Below are positions 25,348 through 30,992 of a stretch of DNA of 30,992 nucleotides, in pieces. Every line of letters begins with the position of its first letter. The stretch's first letter is position 1. The stretch covers positions 1 to 30,992 of the forward strand of contig DATNNK010000220.1 in NCBI GenBank assembly GCA_035601875.1, in the 5' to 3' direction. The position numbers were made by a program, and so were the translations under genes. The notes beneath the pieces were generated by a model. It made no database searches. It was given only the letters and a program-made list of their open reading frames with translations, and was not told the origin of the DNA. The stretch is from Casimicrobiaceae bacterium. Its GTDB lineage: Bacteria; Pseudomonadota; Gammaproteobacteria; Burkholderiales; Casimicrobiaceae.

Positions 25348-26181
25348 TTAACGACTGCCAGGCCGCGGGGGCGAGAGGCTTTTCCAGCCCCCTTTCGAAC
25401 GCTCGAAGGATTCGCTGCCCATCGACTCGAACACGCTATCCAGCGGCCTCCAACCATGGCGCTGGACTTCGATGCGATTTACCTCGAGATGAATCGCGTT
25501 GAAGGAATTGAGCTCTCCCCTCCCCCGAGTCGATGTCGCGGTCCCTGCCTGAACCACGATAACGTTGTGACTGCCGTCCACGGACTGCATTGCGACGCTG
25601 CCAGCGTCGCTGACGTGCAGATGCCCCGCCAGCAGGAGATCGCAGCGGCAGGCCGAAAGCATATCCATAGCCAGATCAGCCCGCCCGACACGCTCGTTCG
25701 AGGCGCGCCCGTCCGGAAGATCGAACGGATGGTGCGTAACAATGATCTTGATGATTTTCGGGTCGAGCGCGCAGAGGCGCATTTTCGCGTGCTCGATCTG
25801 CATTGAATTGATCCGCCCGCGTTTGAACGTCAGCGACCGCGCAGTATTGATCCCCAGGACCGCCATCTCGTCGTCGGCGTAGAAGGGCTCGAGATCGCCA
25901 GTGATATAGCGCCGGTACTTGTCGAGGGGTCCGGTGAAGCGGGTAAAGACGTTGTGCAAAGGTACGTCATGATTGCCCGGGACAATGATTTGTGGCTCCG
26001 GTAACCGGTCCAGAAAAGCGCGGGCCGCCTGGAACTCGGTGGTGCGGGCACGTTGCGTGAGATCACCCGAGACAGCGACCAGGTCGGGCGCAAGCTTGGC
26101 GATTACCGACGCGAGCGGCGTCAGCAGAGCGTCATCGGTGCGGCCGAAGTGAAGATCCGACAAGTGAACGATAGTGCGCAT
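25348..26181 (-). CDS. calcineurin-like metallophosphoesterase (CpdA/Icc-like fold)
   Basis: All five motifs are present: SDLHFG, SGDLTQ, PGNHD, THHP, AGHLH. Confidence 0.92.
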   Translation of the reverse strand: MRTIVHLSDLHFGRTDDALLTPLASVIAKLAPDLVAVSGDLTQRARTTEFQAARAFLDRLPEPQIIVPGNHDVPLHNVFTRFTGPLDKYRRYITGDLEPFYADDEMAVLGINTARSLTFKRGRINSMQIEHAKMRLCALDPKIIKIIVTHHPFDLPDGRASNERVGRADLAMDMLSACRCDLLLAGHLHVSDAGSVAMQSVDGSHNVIVVQAGTATSTRGRGELNSFNAIHLEVNRIEVQRHGWRPLDSVFESMGSESFERSKGGWKSLSPPRPGSR

Positions 26182-26197
26182 GGACCGTTCGCGTAAT

Positions 26198-27112
26198 CTA
26201 CTCGGAGGCGGAAGGTTGAGGCTTAGGTACGATGACCTTCAACGCTCCAGGCACCACGCGAAATCTAAGCGGTGTTTCCAGGATGCAAATCTCGCCGTCG
26301 GTCGCAACGTGCACTCGCTTGCGCCGCGTCTGGACCTCGATATGCGTCGCGCGAACCGTGTCGAAGTCCCTGGCCTGATCGAGACGGCCAAACAAAGCCC
26401 GCAATGCCAATCGAACGAGGCCCAGGCGTCCCGTGCGATTGGCGACATAGAGGCTGAGCTCACCGCGGTCCAAATGTGCGCGCGCACCAATCCTGAATCC
26501 TTGCATCTCGTATCGATTATTGCCGACAAAGACAAACGGCGTGCGCCGTGCCAACCATTTGCCGTCGACGTTGAGAAGCACCTCCACAAAAGGATAGCGC
26601 CGCAACACCGCGAGCGCCGCCCAGACCGAGGCGGGCCATTTCCCGCGGCCCAGCCGTTGTTGCTGCAGGTGACGTGTTTCCACCAGCTGCGGGTAAATGC
26701 CGAGGCTGGCATTGTTGAGGAAGAAGTGATCGTTGACCGCACCCACGTCGACCTGCGCGCAATATCCTTCGGCAATAGTCGCCACCGCACCTTCAAGATC
26801 GAGCGGGACATGAAGGTCCTTCGCGAAATGATTGAACGTCCCGAGCGGCAGAACGCCCAGGGCAATCCCGCTTCCGATCAGAAGCCCTGCCGCTGCGTTG
26901 AGCGTCCCATCGCCGCCTCCGACGATGATCGTGCTTGGCTCGCGCCGGATCGCAGCGTTTACTTCCTCGAGAAGGTTCTTAGCCGACGTCGTGAGCTTGA
27001 TCTCGATCTGGATTCCCGCGGCCTTGAAGAACCGGTCGAGCTCCGAAGCTACGTAAGCGGCTCCGTCGGAATGAGCCGAAGCGTTGATGATGACGCATAC
27101 GGGTAGAGCCAT
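26198..27112 (-). CDS. soluble diacylglycerol-kinase-family (YegS/DgkB-like) lipid kinase
   Basis: VIINASA, VGGGDGTLN, LPLGTFNHFAKDL, DVGAVNDHFFLNNAS, VATDGE, PGALKVI. Start moved to the ATG at 27112. Confidence 0.9.
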   Translation of the reverse strand: MALPVCVIINASAHSDGAAYVASELDRFFKAAGIQIEIKLTTSAKNLLEEVNAAIRREPSTIIVGGGDGTLNAAAGLLIGSGIALGVLPLGTFNHFAKDLHVPLDLEGAVATIAEGYCAQVDVGAVNDHFFLNNASLGIYPQLVETRHLQQQRLGRGKWPASVWAALAVLRRYPFVEVLLNVDGKWLARRTPFVFVGNNRYEMQGFRIGARAHLDRGELSLYVANRTGRLGLVRLALRALFGRLDQARDFDTVRATHIEVQTRRKRVHVATDGEICILETPLRFRVVPGALKVIVPKPQPSASE

Positions 27113-27113
27113 G

Positions 27114-27803
27114 CTAGCTGTCGGCGTCGACGCCCGCACTTGCCTCCCCGCGCCGGATATAGTGCAAAGCGGCAAAACAGAACGCCAGCCACGCAACACC
27201 CTCGGCAATCCCACCCACTACATCGCTTAGGTAGTGAAGGCCGAGATAGACGCGGCTAAAGGAGACCAGCGCGACCATGAAAACCGCGGCAGCGACGACG
27301 ACGTACGCGGCATAGCGCTGCCTGGCGTTTACCAAAGCATAGATGGACAGCAACCCATAAAACACGGTCGAGGCCATCGCGTGGCCGCTTGGGAAACTGT
27401 AGGTCGGGAGGCTGAAAATCGGATCGTCGAACACGGGACGGCCACGCTGGATGAGATGCTTCAGGCAGAAGTTGAGAAAGTTTCCGCCCAGTACCACGGT
27501 CAACAGGATAGCGGCCTCGGAGTGCCTGCGCCGGTACAAGAGCATGATGCTGCCGGCGACGGCGACGATCGTCAAGGTCGTCGGAGCGCCGAGGAAACTG
27601 ATCGCCGCCATGGCATTCGAAACAATCGGCGTCGCGCGAACGTGCAACCACGTTCCGGCGTTGGCATCGAGCGCCGCCAGCGGCGTGCTCAGGGCGACCG
27701 CAAGAGCGATGACAAGAAACATGCCCGCCGCTACAGAAAACACGACCAAGGTCGGGCCGGGGCCGAGCTCGCGCGTGTTTGGTCCCGAATGAAAATTGTG
27801 CAT
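27114..27803 (-). CDS. PAP2-family membrane phosphatase (undecaprenyl-PP/lipid phosphate phosphatase-like)
   Basis: C1 KHLIQRGRP, C2 PSGHA, C3 SRVYLGLHYLSD, multiple TM segments. Start uncertain (27803 or 27854). Confidence 0.92.
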   Translation of the reverse strand: MHNFHSGPNTRELGPGPTLVVFSVAAGMFLVIALAVALSTPLAALDANAGTWLHVRATPIVSNAMAAISFLGAPTTLTIVAVAGSIMLLYRRRHSEAAILLTVVLGGNFLNFCLKHLIQRGRPVFDDPIFSLPTYSFPSGHAMASTVFYGLLSIYALVNARQRYAAYVVVAAAVFMVALVSFSRVYLGLHYLSDVVGGIAEGVAWLAFCFAALHYIRRGEASAGVDADS

Positions 27804-27901
27804 GGTCGGAGCGGCCGTGGAAGTGCAACTATGACTTTGCCAATGATGTCCCACTACTCGTTAATGGTTATGGTACCTGCTTGGAGTCTTGGACGAACAC
27901 G

Positions 27902-27920
27902 ACGCTATAATTATTAGCGT
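27902..27920. promoter_or_regulatory. palindrome containing a perfect TATAAT in the PAP2/AsmA divergent region
   Basis: ACGCTA-TAATTAT-TAGCGT has 6-bp arms and TATAAT at 27906-27911. There is no well-spaced canonical -35. Confidence 0.35.
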
Positions 27921-28014
27921 TTGACGAAGCTGCGCGTGAGCGATCCGTAAGCAAAGGGTCGGTATTTCTCCGACGGCGAGCAAGTTGATGCACTGACAAA
28001 ACCCATCCATCTGC

Positions 28015-30000
28015 ATGAATCCAGCGAAACGAACCGCTTTGCGCGCGGCCATTGTGCTCGCGACGATGGGCGTCCTTGTTATTGTCGTCCTGTTTTTTCC
28101 CTGGAATCTTCTACGGGGCCCGATCGCGAGCTACTTCGGTCATCAGCTTGGGCGGCCGGTCGCGATCGCCGGCGATTTGAACGTCAAGCTCGGCTGGACT
28201 CCGCGAATCCAGGTTGATGACGTCTCGATCGGCAATGCTCCCTGGTCCGAGGAGCCACAGATGGTGCACGTGCAGAGAATGAACCTGCGCGTCGAGCTTG
28301 TTTCCCTGTTCGCAGGCGCACCGGTCGTTCCCGCCGTCGAACTGGTCGAGCCGCAAGTACTGCTGGAAAAAAACAAGGACGGTGCCGCGAACTGGTTGTT
28401 CGGGGACGGCGGCTACGCGCCCGATGTGCGCTTGGGAACCATCGACGTCGAACGCGGGATCGTGCGTTATCGCAATCCGGCGCTGCGAGCGGACGTCAGT
28501 GTCAAGTTGCAGTCCTCACCCGCCGCGGCGGATACTCCTGCCTCCCTTCGCTTTTCCGGCGACGGTACTTTTCGCGGCGAGGCATTTCGCATCGACGGCC
28601 AAGGTCTCGGTCTCTCCGCGCTGCGCAAGGTCGACGATCCGTATCAGCTCACTTTGCATGCCCGAGCGGGAGCGACCGACGTGCGCTTCGCCGGTACCGT
28701 CGTCCCTTCCGAAGTCGAGCACGTGAAGGGGGAGCTGCAGCTGCAGGGAAAGGATCTGTCGCAACTCTACCCGATCGTTCCGCTTCCGATTCCGTGGACG
28801 CCACCGTACAAGCTGTCGGGCCAGTTGGCGCACAGGGAAAAGCACTGGTCGTATCGGCAGTTCAAAGGTACCGTCGGAGATAGCGACCTCGCGGGCGATT
28901 TTCAGGTCGATTTGTCGCAGGCTCGCCCGTCAGTCACCGCGGATCTAGCGTCGCGCCGCTTCGACTACAAGGATCTGGGAGGATTTGTCGGTCTGCCTCC
29001 GGGAGAACCGACAACGGGCGTGAAAACGGGTGAGCAGCAGCGGTCGACCGTACGTCGCGCCGCCTCGGCCCGCGTGCTTTCGGACGAGCCTTTCAAGCTC
29101 GACCGCTTTCGCATCGCTGACGCCGATATCAAGTTCCGCGGCACCAGCGTCACCTGGACCGCTGCCCCGATCGAGAACCTGTCGACGCACCTGTTTCTGA
29201 AGGACGGCGTTCTTCGCTTCGAGCCGCTCGATTTCGGCATCGGCGGCGGTCACGTGGTCGCGAAAGTGTCGCTCGACGCCAACCGCGAGATCGCGCGCAC
29301 CCAGGCAGATATCGAGGTACGCAACGTCGAGCTTAAACAAATCTTCCCTAAGCTCGCCTCGCCCCAAGGTACCGCGGGACGGTTCGGAGGCCGCGCCGGA
29401 TTCAAGACCCAGGGCAATACGGTTGCCGCGATGTTCGCCTCCGCGAGCGGCGAGGGCGCCATGATCATGCACGGTGGCGAAGCGAGCACGCTGACGCTGG
29501 TGATGACCAATCTCGACCTCGCGCGCGCCGCGGCGCTGCTGCTGCAGGGGGATAATACTTCGGAGATTCGTTGCGCGGTCGCTTCGTTCAGGGTGGCGAA
29601 CGGAGAAATGGTTCCGGATTTGATGGTCATCGATACGACGGCGGTCACCATCAACGGCGATGGCAGCATCAACTTCCGCGACGAGAAGTACGATCTTCAT
29701 CTGAAAGCGAAGTCCAAGAAGCTGAGCTTGCTTGCCTTGCGCGGCCCGATCGTCGTCGGGGGCACCTTCAAGACCCCCGCCATTCATCCGGATGCGGGTC
29801 AGGTCGCTGCCCGTCTCGGTGCGTCTGCCGGACTGGCGGCGGTCACGCCACCGTTGGCATTGCTGGCCCTGGTCGACTTTGGTGGCGCGCCCGACGTCGA
29901 TTGCCGGGCGCTTATCGCCGACGCAAAATTGCCGCCGAGTGCGCGCAGCGACAAGGCGGCCTCGACGGTCCAATCGGGCGCGCCTCCCGCTGCGCGTTAG
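28015..30000 (+). CDS. AsmA-family protein (YhjG-like)
   Basis: N-terminal TM anchor then FPWNLLRGPI...LGRPVAIAGDL, NWLF, LQGKDLSQLYP..PLP.TPPY.L.GQL, VGDSDLAGD, DLGGFVG, C-terminal TIRCAV/GSINFRDE.YDL/LRGPIVVGGTFKTP-type block. Confidence 0.88.
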   Translation: MNPAKRTALRAAIVLATMGVLVIVVLFFPWNLLRGPIASYFGHQLGRPVAIAGDLNVKLGWTPRIQVDDVSIGNAPWSEEPQMVHVQRMNLRVELVSLFAGAPVVPAVELVEPQVLLEKNKDGAANWLFGDGGYAPDVRLGTIDVERGIVRYRNPALRADVSVKLQSSPAAADTPASLRFSGDGTFRGEAFRIDGQGLGLSALRKVDDPYQLTLHARAGATDVRFAGTVVPSEVEHVKGELQLQGKDLSQLYPIVPLPIPWTPPYKLSGQLAHREKHWSYRQFKGTVGDSDLAGDFQVDLSQARPSVTADLASRRFDYKDLGGFVGLPPGEPTTGVKTGEQQRSTVRRAASARVLSDEPFKLDRFRIADADIKFRGTSVTWTAAPIENLSTHLFLKDGVLRFEPLDFGIGGGHVVAKVSLDANREIARTQADIEVRNVELKQIFPKLASPQGTAGRFGGRAGFKTQGNTVAAMFASASGEGAMIMHGGEASTLTLVMTNLDLARAAALLLQGDNTSEIRCAVASFRVANGEMVPDLMVIDTTAVTINGDGSINFRDEKYDLHLKAKSKKLSLLALRGPIVVGGTFKTPAIHPDAGQVAARLGASAGLAAVTPPLALLALVDFGGAPDVDCRALIADAKLPPSARSDKAASTVQSGAPPAAR

Positions 30001-30103
30001 TGCCGCTGCATTCGAGGGCAGATCACGCTCCGAGCACCGTATTCCGCAACCAATCAATCAGGTGAAACCGCCAGCGCTCTCGAGCGAAAGTGGGCAACAC
30101 CGT

Positions 30104-30992
30104 TCAATATCCTAACGCCAAACCCGTTCCTCGCCGGGGATCGTTAGCGCCGTAGAAACGTTCGTTACCGCGCGGCTTGGCACCGAGAGACGGCGCACCG
30201 ACCAGAATGCCCGCGGCGTGGCCCGCCGGTTGGGGATCGGCGAGCCGGTGCCCCATGGCGAGCAGGATCTTGCGCGTATCGGGGCTCAGCGCAAAAGCTT
30301 CGACGTTGGTCGTCTCCGGAAGCCACTGCTGATGGAAACGCGGGGCGTCGATCGCTTCCTGAATGTTCATGCCGTAATCGATCACGTTCAGGATGCAGTG
30401 CACGACCACCGTGATGATGCGGCTGCCACCCGGCGTACCGATCACCAACACCGGTTTGCCGTCGCGCGAAACGATGGTCGGGCTCATGGAGCTTAAGGGC
30501 CGCTTGCCCGGAGTGATCGAGTTGGCCTGCCCCTGTACCAGTCCGTACAGATTGGGCACGCCAAGCTTGGCGGTGAAATCGTCCATCTCGTCGTTCAACA
30601 AGATGCCGGTGTTCGCCGCGGTAACCTTGGCGCCGAACCAATCGTTCAGGGTATAGGTCACCGACACCGCGTTGCCCTGACGGTCGACGATCGAATAGTG
30701 CGTCGTGTTGACACCTTCGTGCGGCGGGACACCGGGTTTCAGATCGCGCGACACGCCTGCCTTGGCCGGATCGATTGCGGCGCGAACTTTCTCCGCGTAA
30801 CTCTTGTCCAGCAGCCGGTCGAGCGGATTCTTCACGAAATCCGAATCGCCCAGATAGCTGTTGCGATCGACGTAGGCGTGCCGCATCGCCTCGATTTGAT
30901 AGTGCACGGCCTGCGCCGATCGAAATCCGAGATCCTTGAGCGGATAGCCCTCGAGGATGTTGAGGATCTCGCAAATCACCACTCCCGAGCCC
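30104..30992 (-). CDS. ggt: gamma-glutamyltransferase, C-terminal part (runs in from the right edge)
   Basis: AMRHAYVDRNSYLGD, autoprocessing Thr in NTTHYSIVD, TYTLNDWFG, LNDEMDDF, KRPLSSMSPT, GTPGGSRII, PRFHQQWLP, GANDPRR. Confidence 0.96.
   Translation of the reverse strand, partial: GSGVVICEILNILEGYPLKDLGFRSAQAVHYQIEAMRHAYVDRNSYLGDSDFVKNPLDRLLDKSYAEKVRAAIDPAKAGVSRDLKPGVPPHEGVNTTHYSIVDRQGNAVSVTYTLNDWFGAKVTAANTGILLNDEMDDFTAKLGVPNLYGLVQGQANSITPGKRPLSSMSPTIVSRDGKPVLVIGTPGGSRIITVVVHCILNVIDYGMNIQEAIDAPRFHQQWLPETTNVEAFALSPDTRKILLAMGHRLADPQPAGHAAGILVGAPSLGAKPRGNERFYGANDPRRGTGLALGY

Noticed and set aside
17062-26181. Functional link between the cNMP-binding protein and the CpdA-like metallophosphoesterase
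   Set aside because: They are about 8 kb apart in different operons, there is no cyclase in the window, and the esterase's context points to lipids.
30830-30860. GGT motif reads LGDSDF where LGDPDF is usual
   Set aside because: It is a single substitution outside the catalytic Thr and substrate motifs, which are intact. Strain variation or a sequencing error is more likely than new function.

Overview
This is a GC-rich chromosomal window, probably betaproteobacterial (inferred from the Bug/TctC protein, serC-serA type and Fur box style). I saw no tRNA, rRNA, CRISPR array, integrase or transposase. From left to right it contains: (1) a minus-strand aromatic catabolic cluster pcaI-J-F-H-G-D-C-pobA (pobA cut by the left edge, no pcaB in the window), with a divergent PcaR-type IclR regulator and four operator boxes; (2) an uncharacterised LysR-divergent operon of exported alpha/beta-hydrolase, solute-binding protein, AtuA/DUF1446 protein and a small AtuA-C-like partner; (3) serC-serA; (4) an exported creatininase-fold protein with an altered metal site, a YVTN beta-propeller and a stand-alone cNMP-binding protein; (5) an internally deleted Nramp/MntH pseudogene; (6) a module of CoA-transferase, crotonase lacking both catalytic Glu, quinone oxidoreductase and Bug protein; (7) a cupredoxin-FTR1-putative beta-barrel iron-uptake operon with a Fur box; (8) an orphan ORF; (9) a PAP2 phosphatase-DAGK-like kinase-metallophosphoesterase operon divergent from an AsmA-family gene; (10) the 3' part of ggt. 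All calls come from motif recognition by eye. No database searches were run.
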